A stretch of 64,000 nt of DNA from Eledone cirrhosa (taxonomy: Eukaryota): contig OZ024740.1 in NCBI GenBank assembly GCA_964016885.1, positions 134,912,001 to 134,976,000 of the forward strand, in the 5' to 3' direction. The position numbers and the translations under genes are program-made. The notes beneath the pieces were generated by a model, which worked only from the letters and a program-made list of their open reading frames with translations, did no database searches and was not told the origin of the DNA. Positions 1 to 13,110 of the stretch are shown piece after piece. Position 1 is the stretch's first letter, and each line of letters starts with the position of its first letter.

Positions 1-1519
1 TACATTTCTTATAAAATTTGTAGGGATTTAGTTATATAACTAGCTCTCATTCTTTTGCTATTTGAAGCATAACCTATAGGTTCTTAATAAAAATTATAAT
101 GTAAGGTATTTAGATGAATATTAAGTTTTATATCGTAGAACCGGGGCCAGATTCTGGCGGTTTGGTATCAAAGGGGCTAAGACGTGTAGGGTTCAGGGGT
201 GTGCTAGTTTTTGTTTTTGAATTTCTACTTAAGGTTTTACAAAAGCAAGGATCTTTGCCCATGGTGAATTAAGTGTGATCTAATTCTTGACAGTAGATCG
301 TGGCATTACAATATAGCTAGGCTGTAATATGTCAATGGACAGAGGGCTGGGCAAAAAGTTTGCAAATATTTAGTTATGATCTGTTCTGAGTTCAAACGAT
401 ATCCTGATCAATTTTGCCCTTTGTCCTTGGGGCAATAAGTTGAAAACTGGGATTGATTTAATCAGCTGTATGCTCGATCCCATAGTTTGTGGTTCTGTGC
501 TTGTTAGATGTCAAAATGTTTCGTCTTTTAATCATTGCCTACCAAACTGAAACTTTGGTGTGAGTCATTAAACTATTATAACATATGACCTGGATAACAC
601 ACAAATAAAACACTACATATTATTTGCAAATGATTCAAGTGACGCTGGTTTGGGTACCTTATCAGGTTGTTGCCACTAATATTGGTGAGATGAAAATGAA
701 ATCTTGGTCTCAAGGCCAATTCAGTGAGTACATAAGATGTTTCTTGGAGCAGATCATTACCAAAATCATTTCCTTCAGGAGGACAGCAACCCACCTGAGG
801 TGTGGTGGCTGTTGCAGTGGATACCTCTGGCCATTCTCTGTGGTAATGCTTTTGCTGATTTGTTTGCAAAGTGACTGGGGTGTAGTGACGGACCCTGTTC
901 CTCTCTTTCGTTGCTTGATCCTTTTTTTTTTCTTCCTATACGTATGTATAAATTATATGTATATGATTCGCCCATCCATACTGGAATGAAAACGCCCCTG
1001 TGAATTATTTTGGCGGAGGTAATTGAAATAGTGACTGGAAAGGAACTTCTAAATTCCCAGAACGATAGGATATTTAATTGCAAACACAAGGTATAACCTT
1101 CTAAATACAAACTAGACTATAACAAGATTCGATCCCAAATACCTAGGTTTTACTACATCCTATTTAGGACATTTCCTGTGGCATTTGAAGTTTTCACACT
1201 TAACCAAAGAATTCAGTACTATTCAAAACAATCTCATTTTCTTAATTCCTTTCCTCCTTACCCATTCTACCCTCTCCTTTTCTGTCCTTCTCTACCCTAT
1301 ATGGTAAACATCAAAACCTTCACCTCTACCAGTGGTCAAAGAATACACAGCACACATTGATAATGTGAAACTCTTTAACCTCCCCTGCTCCCTCTCCGCT
1401 CTATTATCATACTAACTGACTGTATTTCATTCTATTTTTAACTTATTTCCATTTTCTTAAATGAAAATCCCATTGCTGAATTCTACCATCTAGTGAATAG
1501 TTAACTTCCACTATTATAG

Positions 1520-1624
1520 GCTTTCTGATGAAGTGTAATAAATAATTAAGTATTGCATATGATTAAACAATATATATTGTATTCAGCATGTGTAGACATT
1601 TATGATACAGAAACATGTTAAAGC
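1520..1624 (+). ncRNA. Degenerate type I hammerhead-ribozyme-like motif (Penelope/retrozyme style)
   Basis: GCTTT-CTGATGA-AG-TGTA...TACA-GAA-ACATGT-T-AAAGC: stem I GCTTT/AAAGC, stem II TGTA/TACA with a long loop, palindromic stem III ACATGT; followed by AATAAA. Confidence 0.45.
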
Positions 1625-2218
1625 AAATAAATTCCTAATCTCCTTCATGCCAACGTTTTATTTTTCTTGGTACAATACTTGCTTTTATAAATATATATAT
1701 GTTTGTGAGAATTGAATAAAAATACTTTTAGTTGGGCAGGGGGAGTTCTGTGTTTATGAATGTTTTGCTTTCATTAACTCTACCAGCCATCCAACCCTTT
1801 TTGATACTAACCCACTGAGAATGCCTGTATAAAAGTTTTCATTAAGCTCCCATTATGTGAATGGTAGAGATCTCCAGTGGTTAATACAGACACACAAAAA
1901 AAGTTAAACTTCTCCCAAATCTTTGTATTGGAAATTTATTGAAACAGTTTGGCAGTCTACTCGTTAGAATTGTAGTAATGAAAGTGTTGCTGTACAGTTC
2001 ATACAAAAGTTGGAGTCTAGCCTGGATTTGAGTCTTTATAAAATTCAAGCCTTAAACAAGAAATAGTGCATTTGATCTTAATCTCGCATAAAAAAAAATC
2101 ATTGCTTGTGTTGAAGTATTTATTCATACAAGAGAAAAAGTAAAGAATATACCTCGCTTTCAGTTTACCTTGTTGAAAAGAGTTTTGTCAATTAATTGTT
2201 TCTAATTTATTTATTCAG

Positions 2219-2350
2219 GTCCAATTGATTTTAGCAGTAAGCACAATCACTCGAGTCCTGTGAGTTCATTACCAGTTCATCCAGATGTGAGGTTGAAACG
2301 ACTACCCTTCTATGACATTTTAGGAGAGCTTCTGAAGCCAACAAGTTTGG
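2219..2350 (+). CDS. PIAS: PIAS exon (start of PINIT domain), phase 1/1
   Basis: ttattcAG|GT...TTGG|GTatgt; encodes PIDFSSKHNHSSPVSSLPVHPDVRLKRLPFYDILGELLKPTSL. Confidence 0.93.
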
Positions 2351-3549
2351 GTATGTATTTTAAATGTTCGAAAAACTCAGTCATCAGTAACTGTTAGCTC
2401 TATTAATAAAGAGTTATGTCCCTTCAAAATGGTTTTAGTAAAGCCAAGTATTTTTGATTTTACTGTGATAGTTGAATATGTAGGAAATATTTCAGCTTAG
2501 TGAACTATAAATATACCTTAATCCTCAACATGTTTTAAAATAAATACTGTAATTGTTTTTAATGAATTTTGGTATGAACTTAGCATGGTTTTTATGGAAT
2601 AAATATTGAGTACTTATACAATATTGAGTTGTTTTTTGGCAGGGTTTTTAAATTAAAAGTATATATTAACTTAATTATAACACTTCGTGTCTGAGCTAGA
2701 TACATTCATCAAAAGTAACATTTTATGAAAATTTGGAAAATCAATGTTTGATGGAGTGTTAAAAGTGAATTTGTTTAGGCAACATGAGTACTTCAGCTTT
2801 CATTGCCTGGCTGAAGCCATCAAAACTTTGTAGTTGTGTTCTTAAGCAAGATGCTTCATTTCATGTTGCTTTTCATTATAGAACTGGGGTCCTTATCATT
2901 AAAACACCCGTGAAACCTTTAAAGGAGGCTATCTAAGCCTTTATAAGTGAGATGTAACATTTCATTGATGTAAACCTAGAAAAGTTATGAAAGACTTCTC
3001 TATGTATATGTTCATTGACTTTAATATTTATTAACCACTCTATCATAAAATGAGATTGTTGCCTATTTTAAGCCAGGCAAGCTGAGACCTTGTGTAACCA
3101 AATGAGGTTTCATTGCTGGCCTTGTGCCTATAGTAAAAATCATTTTTGCTTTTATCAGCATTATATTTAACAAATATTTGAATAATTTATTTCATATTGT
3201 TAGTATCATCTAGGTAATTATTTTAATGACATGAAATCTTGGTTATTTTCTTTTATTTTGGTTGTAAACAGATATTGTGTATTCTGTCTTGGGCATAATG
3301 AATTACTTGCATTATAGCAGTATTTCCCAAAGTTTATTGTTTTATTTTTATATTAATAAACCCTCTCTACAATAATTTTTGTTTCATTTAATGCCTTATT
3401 AGGGTGGCGGGTGTTTGTCTATAAAATACAGTAAATCTGACATTAAATGTTTTTGCTTGTCTTTAAGGAGTATACCTTTTATTCTTTATTCTATTTCTAT
3501 ACAATTTTTAATTTGTTGCTGTATTTTCTTTTCTATTTGACCTTTTCAG

Positions 3550-3634
3550 TTCCTAAACCTACTGGTCGTTTTCAAGAAACATTCTTTATATTCCATCTCA
3601 CTCCTCAACAGGCACAAGATATTGCTATGTCCAG
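3550..3634 (+). CDS. PIAS: PIAS exon (PINIT domain), phase 1/2
   Basis: ttttcAG|TT...CCAG|GTaaat; VPKPTGRFQETFFIFHLTPQQAQDIAMSR. Confidence 0.93.
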
Positions 3635-6479
3635 GTAAATGATATGTGTGTATATAAAATGTTTAGAAGATAAAATACACTTGATGGTTAATTATTAAAT
3701 TGTCTCTTAGGTAAATTTACATTTTAGTATAAGTTGCACAGTTTCCAATAAATTATTTAAATTTATGTAAAATGGAGGTGCAAGTTATGTACAAGATATA
3801 TATCTGTATGCTGAGTTGTTCACTATGTAGCACCAGGGCTGAGCGTTGCTTTGTGGGTGAATTAGATAAACGAACAATCTCAAGAAGCCCATCATGTGTG
3901 GGTGTCTGCTCCATATTTGTCACTGCCATTTGTTTGTATCCAGCATAAACAATATTTCATCATGGCTCAGCAGTTCAAAGTTTACTTTAAAATGTTGACA
4001 CCAAGAAAATATTATGGCCATACAACAGTTTTTTGTTCAACGCATGCCAGCATGAAAAAGTGGGCCTTAAAATGATGTTGGTGTTTGTATGTGTGTTGAG
4101 AGGGGGGGGGGGGTCTTTACTTTGTCCTTTCCATAGCAAGGTAGGCAGCATGCCACTTCATTACCACATCAGATCACTAGCTTCTAAGTTCTTTTGGTAA
4201 TACAGTACAACCTATTGCATGGCTACTTCACTTGCAACTAAACCTAGACCCTGACCCAGCTTGCCTGGTGGTGGAGTGGAGTGGCCAGGATAGGAGTTAA
4301 TGGCCATCTTGCTTCACAGCGTGAGGACATAGAAATACTCGAGTTGATAACTGAACGTGTTTCAAGACCTCTGCGAATGTTGAACTCCAAAAGATGGGGG
4401 CGAAAACATAAAGAAAGATATATTGTTCTGATTAGCAGAGTATCAGAAACATACTTTGCTGTCAGAATACACATCACATGTCACCTAACGGTATTAATGA
4501 CCATCTTGTGTCCTTCCACCTCTCTCTCACATATGTACTAACTATCACTAATTCTATGAATATTTTGAATCACTTATTGAGTGACCCCAATGATAAGTGA
4601 GTCATCCTGAACAACATCAGTGCAAGTGAGCTGGGGTTCTATTGGATATGCTGCTGTATCATGCAATAGCATGTAGTGTGTTGAATGGTGCAGAGGCAGT
4701 ATCTCATCCGAGGTCAAATTATATTGCCAATACAGTAATTTCCTTGGTTCTCCTTAAAATTATTTGTGTTGTTTAATTTGAATTAGGATAATGTAAAAAG
4801 TTATTAGGTGAGGGCAGTAGGAAACAATTTTGAATGATAAGGATTGCTTAAAGATGTACTTCGTTGAATTGGCAATTACACAATTAATTGATGGTGGCAT
4901 GTTGAAAATGCTCTAAGTTATATTAAGGCAATCACAACCCTGGTACTTGCACCTGCCCTTGGAATCTAAAATAGTAAAGATGTTGTCTATAACATCCTTT
5001 GAAGTCATTTGCAGTAAGCCCTGTATAGTTCTTTCAAATAGCATCAGGCAGTGTTGCCAATATATAATTCCCAAGGCAATATCCCTTCAGCAATTGCAGT
5101 TAGGTTGTTGGGGTGTGGGCAGTAACAATGTTTTTGGTTGTGGTAGCAATGTTAACCAAACAAGAATGACTAGGCCTTAACATTTTATACCTTGAAATGT
5201 TTGTGGTATTTTGTATAAGTAGGAAGTGTCTCCTACCAAGAGAGAAAATATTCCTTGCAATATTCATGGTAACTTCTAAGTTATGAATAGCATTGTTGGT
5301 GGCCTTGTGTATTTTGAGTTGTCCTTAAAAATTACTTGTCCATCCATTAAATTTTAGAATGGGTGACTGAAGGTAAGTTTCTTCATTATTTCATAATTAG
5401 TTTTTTATAATAGATAATATTTTGTAAAGTTAATGTAGGGAATCAACTTATGGGGTGCATTAATTTGCTACATCATCATCATTATTTAATGTCCGTTTTC
5501 CCTGATAATGCGTTGAACATGTCACAGACTAACCAGTATTCAAGCACCACCACGAGGGAAGTTGTCGTGTTCTTGGCATAGTTGAAGAATCTTTTCACCC
5601 CTCTGTTTAGCAGGTTTCCTATCGGTAGATGCATTTTCTTTACAAAAGTGTACTAGGTGATTGTTTGTGTAAATCACCAACACTAGAGAAGTTGTCATAT
5701 CTATGGCACAAGGGAAGAGTTTTCCTGACTATTTGTCTAGCGAGTTTTCTATGACTGGGTGCACTTCCTAACACCAACTACTTTTCAGTGTATACTTGGT
5801 GCGTTTATCGTGTAAATTGTCATTTTTGACATGGTTTCTACAGAAAAATGCCCTTCCTATTGCCAATCACATTACAGTGTGTGTTAGGTGCAATTATCAT
5901 AGCACTGGCACTAGCAAGGTTATCAACATTAATTCAACTCTACTTTACAGGCAGGGTGGAGTGTTGCCAAGTGAGGAGGAATGTGGGATGTGGTGGGTGA
6001 GAGTAGAGACCTCCAACAGAGGGGAAGGTACTGTGGTGATAACAGGCAGTGGTAGGTTAGGGTGGAACAATACATGGACAAGTTAGGTCAAGCTTTAGAT
6101 TGGTTGACATGTCTTCACCAGAACTGCCATCATTACCTCATCCCATTTCTTCCTGGGTCTACCTCTTCCTTGAGTTCCATCCACTGAGATTTCTCTGAAT
6201 TTCTTTATATAGCTGTCATCTTCGATACATATCACATGTCCATACGAACACAGTTTTCTCTCTTTGCATACTTATATCCAATTCGTCTTGTGCCAACTTT
6301 TTATCTCAGCTCAGTTATGCTATGCCATTCGTGCATACTAACATGATACATCTATCTGCAGTTAAAGCCTTTGTCTCACTGCCATGTAAATATTTTAGAT
6401 TAAAACCAATTGTAGTGGATCCATCATGTGAAATACACTCTCAGTAGTGTTTTTTTTTTTAATACTTATAAAATTTTAT

Positions 6480-8450
6480 AAAAGATAAGTTAGGCATGTC
6501 ACCCCAAAAGAAAAATAGACACACTTTACCATTTCATTTGATGTAGTATACATTTATACTGTGATTTCACAGGGATGCAAAGTAGACCATCAAATTCTAG
6601 CTTGAAAATTTTTGCTGCCAAACAACATGAATGATAAGAGAAAAAATTACATAATTGAACAAATAAAATGCCTCCTGTAAAATATTTTAACATCTATGGC
6701 TATATTTACAAACAAATATATGGGACATCAATAGGAGCAAAATTTGCATCATCTGAAGCTAGTTCAGTCATGACATATATAGAAGACTAACTATACAAAC
6801 AATCCAAATTAGCAACTTCGATAAATATATATTACAATGGAAATCAAATTTGAGTGATTACTTTATCCTGTAGATGAGTTTAAAACTTTAATTGTATAAA
6901 CAACAGTATTCAATTCACAATGGAATACAGTGAAAAAACAGCCATTTGGACATTTTAGTAATTGAAAGACACACAGAATGAAGCCAACTAAATTATTTAT
7001 GAAATTTTTACTGTGTAAAACATACTAGAACAGTATGCTATTATATTTAGCAAGAAGGATCGGAGATTTGAAGAAAATATTACTTGAAAGACAACTTAGC
7101 AACATTGATAACAGAATAAAATGCTTCAAAACAATGGATATTCATCAAATGTGAAGGAGAAAAGACATTTCAAATATGGGGTTTTTGTCTTAAAATTAAA
7201 TGTATTGTAACGCAGTCCCTTGTTGATCACTATAGGTGTGTTGGTTTTGACTGGCTGCATGTAGATACTTATTTCAACATGATCAACTGAGTCAGTTGAG
7301 AATTATTGCTCTTTATGTACAGACATGTTTATAACCTCTGTTACATTTGCGATGCAATCGAATTTTGCGTGAAACTCAACAAATCTGCCACCAAAGCATT
7401 TAATTCTTAAACACAAGTTTATGGTGATACCATTATTGAAAAGGTTTTTAAGTGACAAAGCTTTCAAAGAGGGCTGAGAAAATGTTGAAAACAAACCAAA
7501 TGAATAAAATGTGGAAGTGGTGCAAGAGCAGTGATGGCAAAAGATTACTGATTAAGTGTTGGGATGATTGCAGGCTTAGATAAAAATGCAGTTCACAGAA
7601 TTTTAACAGGCCATTTGCACATGCAAAACTAGTGTCCAGTTGCTTGTCTGTGGAGCAAAAATTAAACCAGTTGGAAATTTGTCAGGATTTGCTAGAAATA
7701 CTCAAAATTGACGACGGTCAGCAGTGGTACAAAAAAAAAAATTCTCCAAAAAAGGCATGCTTGAACAGATCCAGTGTGAAAATAATTATCACTTTTTTCA
7801 ACAGACAGTTAATTGCACCTTCCTCAAAGGTGTCTTGGAGTGACTTTAAAAACAGGTCCAGTAAGTCCGAATGGACATTGTAGGAGAGTCGGTACTGCAG
7901 GCACGATAACGTGCCTGCTCGCATAGCACTTTCAATTAGAGAATTTCTGACACATCCTCCCTACAGCCCAGATCTAACTTCATGTGATTTCTACTGCTCC
8001 CCTTGTTGAAATTAAAGTTAAAGGGTCATTATTTTGGAACTATGGAAAACACAAAACATTGTAACTGAAAAGCTAAGGACACTCATAGAAAATAACAGTA
8101 CTGCTATGATCAATGGCAAAGATGTTGGAACTGCTGATTGACTCCCCAAGGGTCGTAACTTGTAATTTCATGTATGTCTAGTATACATTTAAATAAAACA
8201 TAAGTACCCTTGCATTTAGGATAAACTTTGTACTCTCAATGCTTTGCATTATGTATCAACACACAACCCAAGAAATGCAGAAACATATATCATTTATCAG
8301 AATATACAGCTATTGAGGAAGAACCCAAAAGAAAAGATATCCCAAGGCAAACGAAAATAAAAGTAAAAGATAACCTAATTGTGAATACCTGTGATATATC
8401 AAATTTTTTTTTATTGTACCGATATACTGCTAATCAAAGATGAAAAAAAA
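6480..8450 (+). mobile_element. Highly decayed Penelope-like retroelement relic, split by a mariner insertion
   Basis: Fragments translate to GTSIGAKFAS (6722-6752), NSIQFTMEYSEK followed by a PFLDI-like remnant (6902-6960), and STHNPRN (~8255), resembling Penelope RT/linker motifs; many frameshifts. Confidence 0.5.
7200..8165 (+). mobile_element. Decayed mariner (Tc1/mariner) transposase relic
   Basis: IEFCVKLNKSAT (~7357), HDNVPA (7902), HPPYSPDLTSCDF (7953-7991), LKLKLKGHYFGTMEN; frameshifted; boundaries approximate. Confidence 0.8.
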
Positions 8451-9297
8451 GTTCAAGATATACAAATCGTGTCTAAATTTGTTATGATTTATTTAGAGAG
8501 GACATGTTGAAGGATTAATTGACTGCAAATGTTGCAGAGAACAACTTAACAATTAGCACCAAAAATAATAGTCACTAGCAGCTATATGAAGTGGGTTACA
8601 TACTTTACAAAGTTGAGAAATCAATTGGTATAAATATTGTAAATAAATTAAAGGATTCCAAGTGCATGTTGACTTCATTTTTATGTATATATGTCTGTGC
8701 CATTTTTCATTTAAGCTGGCATGGTTCAGACTAGAAATTTTATATTGACCTACATTATCTAAAACCATTGCTCTTGGATCCAGTGGTGATGTGTATTTCT
8801 TAGGTAATATTTTGTTTCTCCTTTGCTTGCCAGTTGTGGAGAGAAGAGTTATTATTGTGCCAGTATATCACAGCTACATTTCTTATATATACTATAAGTT
8901 TAGTTTATCATTACCATATCTCTGAATGGATACTGGGGTAACTTGAAACCAATAGAAGACTGCCTAGTTTTTGCATATAAAAACACAACTGCTTGTCAAG
9001 TTCTTTAAAAATAAAATTCTGCAATATCCCTTCTTTTTTTTTTTAACCATTAACCATTTGCATAACAATTTTAGCCATGCAGACTTAATGTGTTTTGATA
9101 TGTAGGAAAATCAATTATTACTGTAATTTTGTTTCCGTTTATTTTTTTTTAAAGATTATAGCGAACATTTCGAACTCTTGATTGATTTAATTTCAAGAAA
9201 TAGTCTAAATGATTTGACTTTTACATGAGTGTATGTTTGATTTTGTATTTCTTTTGCAAGATTTCTTATCCGAGAACATGTTGAAACAGATATTATA

Positions 9298-9609
9298 CTT
9301 TTGGAGGGTCATGCTGCCAATAAAAACACACGCACCTTTTGGTTTTCGCTTCAATTTATTACAAATTTCCAGTTGGTTAGTTTAATAACAGGATGGTTTA
9401 TTTATTGTTAAAGCTTTTTCGTTGCATATTCTGTGACCTCCTCAGTGACTAATTTGTCATTTTGTGTCTCTTGTTTTGTCCTACACTATCTTATTTTTGT
9501 ATGTTCACAAAACAAGATGGTGTAGGACAACAAACTAGAAATTTGTAATAAATTGAAGTGAAAACCAACAGGTGCGTGTATTTTTATTGGCAGCATAACC
9601 CTCCCAAAG
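9298..9609. mobile_element. MITE with ~80-bp terminal inverted repeats
   Basis: CTTTTGGAGGGTCATGCTGCCAATAAAAACACACGCACC...TTACAAATTTCCAG versus its near-exact reverse complement at 9531-9609; TA on the left flank. Confidence 0.85.
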
Positions 9610-9629
9610 TTTAAAAATATATATATACG

Positions 9630-10150
9630 TCTTTGCCCACTTACTTATTCGTGGGAGCAGAGTCCTCAAATACTTCTTCTAGCGGGTCCTGTCAGAAGCA
9701 AATGGGGCAGGACCAGCTGAGCTCATGGATTTTATCCAGCTATCTTGCTCTGGGTATCCTGCTTTTTGGTTTTGCCCACAAAATCTGTCCAGCAATTCTT
9801 TCCTGAGATAGTCTAACCAAATACCCATAATGGGACTGTGATCTCTCAATTCAGAGAAGTAGTGACTCTAATCTTCGAGCTATGCACACTTGAGTAATGT
9901 TACTCTAAAGATGTGTCGGCAGGACTCCACTTCAGTCACTTGTATTTGCAATCATATTCTTTTGGTCATTACCCAAGATTCATGACCTTATGTAAGGGTT
10001 GGTACATGTACCGAATTAAGAAAATTGTCAAAGGAAAATACCTTGTATTTATTCCACACAAATACTCCTTTATCACTGTCACTATCACAAATGCATTGAG
10101 CCATTGATTGCCTTGTTAGAGACCTGTACCAATCTTGCTCTTGTTCATAA
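9630..10150 (-). mobile_element. 3' fragment of a second RTE-clade LINE family
   Basis: Homologous to 51705-51912 and 61130-61810 (shared ...gcagagtcctcaaa...ggtcctgtcagaagc...ggttttgccc). Confidence 0.65.
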
Positions 10151-10692
10151 AATGCATCATAAATAAATAAACTACTTCAATTTAGTTAAGTACCCAAAAA
10201 TGTTTTATTGTCGCTCTTTCTATCATTCATGTAGCAAATGAAGGTTAGGGGTGTTTTTAGCAGAGAAAATGATTGTCGGTTCCAATTAAAATTTTTTTTT
10301 TTTTTTTTTTTTGTCTTAGAAATATTAAGAGCAATATCCACGCTATTTTTTGGATTGCATTAATGCTTTGAGCCTACCTGCCAACTCTATTCTGTTCTGT
10401 TGGGCATTGTTGTTTCCACTTTTTTTTTTATGTAAATCAGTCATTTTATTACATTGCTTTAGCCTGAATTCGTTGGGGGGAAACATTGATTGATGTTTCT
10501 TTTTGTTTTTTTGCAGTGATATTCATGCGGCTGATCAGATTGCACTCATGCAATTGGTTTCTAGCTTGCTTCAAATAGATAAACAAAAAATGTCAATTCA
10601 AGAAAGTTTAATTGGACTTGTTAATTATATGCTAGATTTTTAAAAATAAAATCTTCTTGTATTGAACATTGGCTGAATATATCTGTAAATTA

Positions 10693-11067
10693 CTGTATAT
10701 ACTTGAATACAAACCATACCTCGTGTATAAACCGAAGTAGCTAATCAACACATTGTTTCGATGACGCAGTTTTGAAATTCTCAGGAGTGGAGAATATTTT
10801 GATATTATTTAAAATATTTTAAGTGTCATTTAGAGTATGGTTTTGTTTCACAACTCCATTACATAGTGAATTTTTTCCAAATTTCACATTGAAGGTGAAA
10901 CCAGTGTAATGTTCACCTTTAGAGCAAAAATATTTTAGCACCTCATTTACGTAGAATTATGAAGTTGATGAAAATCAGCAAAATATTTATCTCGAATGTA
11001 AACCGGCCTCCTTCCTCCCCTCCAACTTTATCATGAATGTTTTTGTCACATTTCTCAGTATATGCAG
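10693..11067. mobile_element. Tc2/pogo-like MITE
   Basis: TA-CTGTATATACTTGAATACAAACC...GTATATGCAG-TA; interior is homologous in reverse to 54853-55293. Confidence 0.6.
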
Positions 11068-11137
11068 TAAATACAAAATCTTTTAAATGCCTCAATTTTC
11101 ATTTTCCCCTTTTTTTTTTTTTTTTTTTTTTTTGCAG

Positions 11138-11188
11138 AGATTTTAGACCTGGTGCTAAATGTGAATATACAACACAAGTGCAGTTGAG
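11138..11188 (+). CDS. PIAS: PIAS exon (PINIT domain), phase 2/2
   Basis: long poly-T tract then gcAG|A...TTGAG|GTaaat; DFRPGAKCEYTTQVQLR. Confidence 0.92.
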
Positions 11189-11321
11189 GTAAATGTTGTT
11201 TTGTGGTTCTATATCTAAAAGTATTTCAGTAGTTTAATGTATAGTTATTTGTCTGTTCTGAAATTCTGTGTATTTACATTTGGTTAGTAATGATGAATAT
11301 ACGATTATATTTTATATATAG

Positions 11322-11412
11322 ATTTTGCCTTTTGGAAACAAGCTGCGAACAAGACGACAACTTCCCTCCAAGTATATGTGTGAGAGTGAATGGGAAACTA
11401 GCAACATTACCA
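11322..11412 (+). CDS. PIAS: PIAS exon (PINIT domain), phase 2/0
   Basis: tatatAG|A...CCA|GTaagt; FCLLETSCEQDDNFPPSICVRVNGKLATLP. Confidence 0.94.
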
Positions 11413-11566
11413 GTAAGTAAGCTATATTTATTCCAGATTTTTAGAAAAGTATCTATCAATGATAGATGTGTTTTTGGATTTTGTCTTTTAATGTGGTTTT
11501 TTTTTTTTTTTTTCGTGTCTGTTTTATCAAATGTGGTTTTTTTTTTTTTTTTTTTTTTGTTTGCAG

Positions 11567-11701
11567 AATCCAATACCAACAACTAAACCTGGTGTTGAAC
11601 CCAAACGTCCAGGACGTCCAGTTGACATCACAGCTTTATGTCGGTTGTCACCAACAGTGCCCAATCATGTTGATGTATCATGGGCTTCAGAGTTTGGAAG
11701 G
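11567..11701 (+). CDS. PIAS: PIAS exon with PINIT motif (here PVDIT), phase 0/0
   Basis: ttgcAG|AAT...AGG|GTttgt; NPIPTTKPGVEPKRPGRPVDITALCRLSPTVPNHVDVSWASEFGR. Confidence 0.94.
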
Positions 11702-11895
11702 GTTTGTAGATGTTAATACTTTTAATTGCTAATTTTCACATGAAAATTATGTTTTTTTTTATTTTTCCTTCATTTAATTTCTAAATAAATATTCTTCTAA
11801 GATTTAGTGTTTAGTTAAGATTTTAAACTATAAATATGACAGTTGTATCTTTGTTTTATATTTGAATGCTTAATGTCATTTCTCTTCCATCTTAG

Positions 11896-12001
11896 GGTTA
11901 CTGTGTTGCAGTTTACTTGGTCAAAAAGCTTACCTCTGACATTCTACTACAAAGATTAAAACAGTTTGGTAACCGCCATCCAGATCATTCCAGAGCTTTG
12001 A
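11896..12001 (+). CDS. PIAS: PIAS exon (end of PINIT/linker), phase 0/1
   Basis: cttAG|GGT...TTGA|GTatgc; GYCVAVYLVKKLTSDILLQRLKQFGNRHPDHSRAL. Confidence 0.94.
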
Positions 12002-12577
12002 GTATGCATATTGTTTTATTTATTTTTGTGCAAATAGATTTTTTTTTTTTTTTTTAATAAATTGGGAATTGAAAGATGAAGTGAATTGAACTGCATTTAC
12101 AGTAGCCTATTATAATTTTGAGATCTTTGTGTACAATATTATTATTGATGAATTTTTTTTGTTCTTCCTCAATTTTAATAAGCAGACTGTGTTTCTGTAA
12201 GAGTTAATATAATTTTAGTATAGTTTATGTTAAGTCCATTTGTTACCATACTGAAAGACTGCCTAAAATTTACAAATCATTGTGAAATTATACAAGAATT
12301 TGGGGAGATTTAGTAAAATTTGGTGTTTAGAGCATGACTTAAAAGATCTTACAAAAAATTATGATGGAAGGTTTTTAGATAAGTATATAAGTTTTTTTAA
12401 AAAAACACAGATTTGTAGCATAGAACTAGTGGAAGTTTCAGTTGGTTTGGTATCAAACTGTAAAAAGCAGTTTTGTTTTGATTTATTTTCAAGTAGATCT
12501 TTTAAAGAATTTAACTTAAATATTTTTCTTTTTCATTTTAGAATTTAGATATTGCTATTATCCTATTTATCTTTCAG

Positions 12578-12651
12578 TTAAAGAAAAATTACAACATGAT
12601 CCAGACAGTGAAATTGCAACCACTAGCCTTAGAGTATCATTGATGTGTCCA
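12578..12651 (+). CDS. PIAS: PIAS exon (start of SP-RING), phase 1/0
   Basis: ctttcAG|TT...CCA|GTgagt; IKEKLQHDPDSEIATTSLRVSLMCP. Confidence 0.95.
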
Positions 12652-12744
12652 GTGAGTATTTTACATAACTTATAGTAATATCTTTGGGTGGTTTTAGATT
12701 AGTTCATACTCTATGGTTAGTTTTCTCTATTGCTGCTAAAGGGT

Positions 12745-13060
12745 GGATGTTGCATGGCTGTATGGTTAAGAAGTTTGCTTCACATTCAAAAGGTCTCTGG
12801 TTTTGCACCCACTGCACAGCATCTTGGACATGTCCCATTTACAATAGCCTCAAGGCAACCCAAACTTTGTGAATGAAGATTGCACCTGTGGTTCAAAAGG
12901 CCAGCCTTGTCACATAGTGTCATGCTGAATTGCCTTTAGAATTATGTTGTGGGTACACATATCTGGAATACTCAGAATACTCAGCTCATGTACAATAATT
13001 TCACAAGTAGGCTCTTCCATTGATCAAACAACTGGAACATTCATTGAAAGCAACAAGTCT
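12745..13060 (+). mobile_element. tRNA-derived SINE (second family; related copies at ~3820-4080, ~25370-25460, ~32840-33100)
   Basis: A-box-like TGGCTGTATGGTTAAG, degenerate B box, shared body (...atagcctcaaggcaacccaaactttgtgaatg...); resembles octopus SINEs from memory, unverified. Confidence 0.55.
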
Positions 13061-13110
13061 ATTCCCTTGTACTGCTAAATGCTTAGGTGATAATTACTGA
13101 AGAGATTTAA

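Noticed and set aside
576-1360. Short ORFs at the window start as PIAS N-terminal exons
   Set aside because: No SAP domain or LxxLL motif in any frame; the region looks like decayed repeat sequence.
10517-10560. Strong-looking acceptor (poly-T gcAG) as an extra PIAS exon
   Set aside because: No phase-compatible donor, the peptide is not PIAS-like, and the flanking exons already join into a complete PINIT domain.
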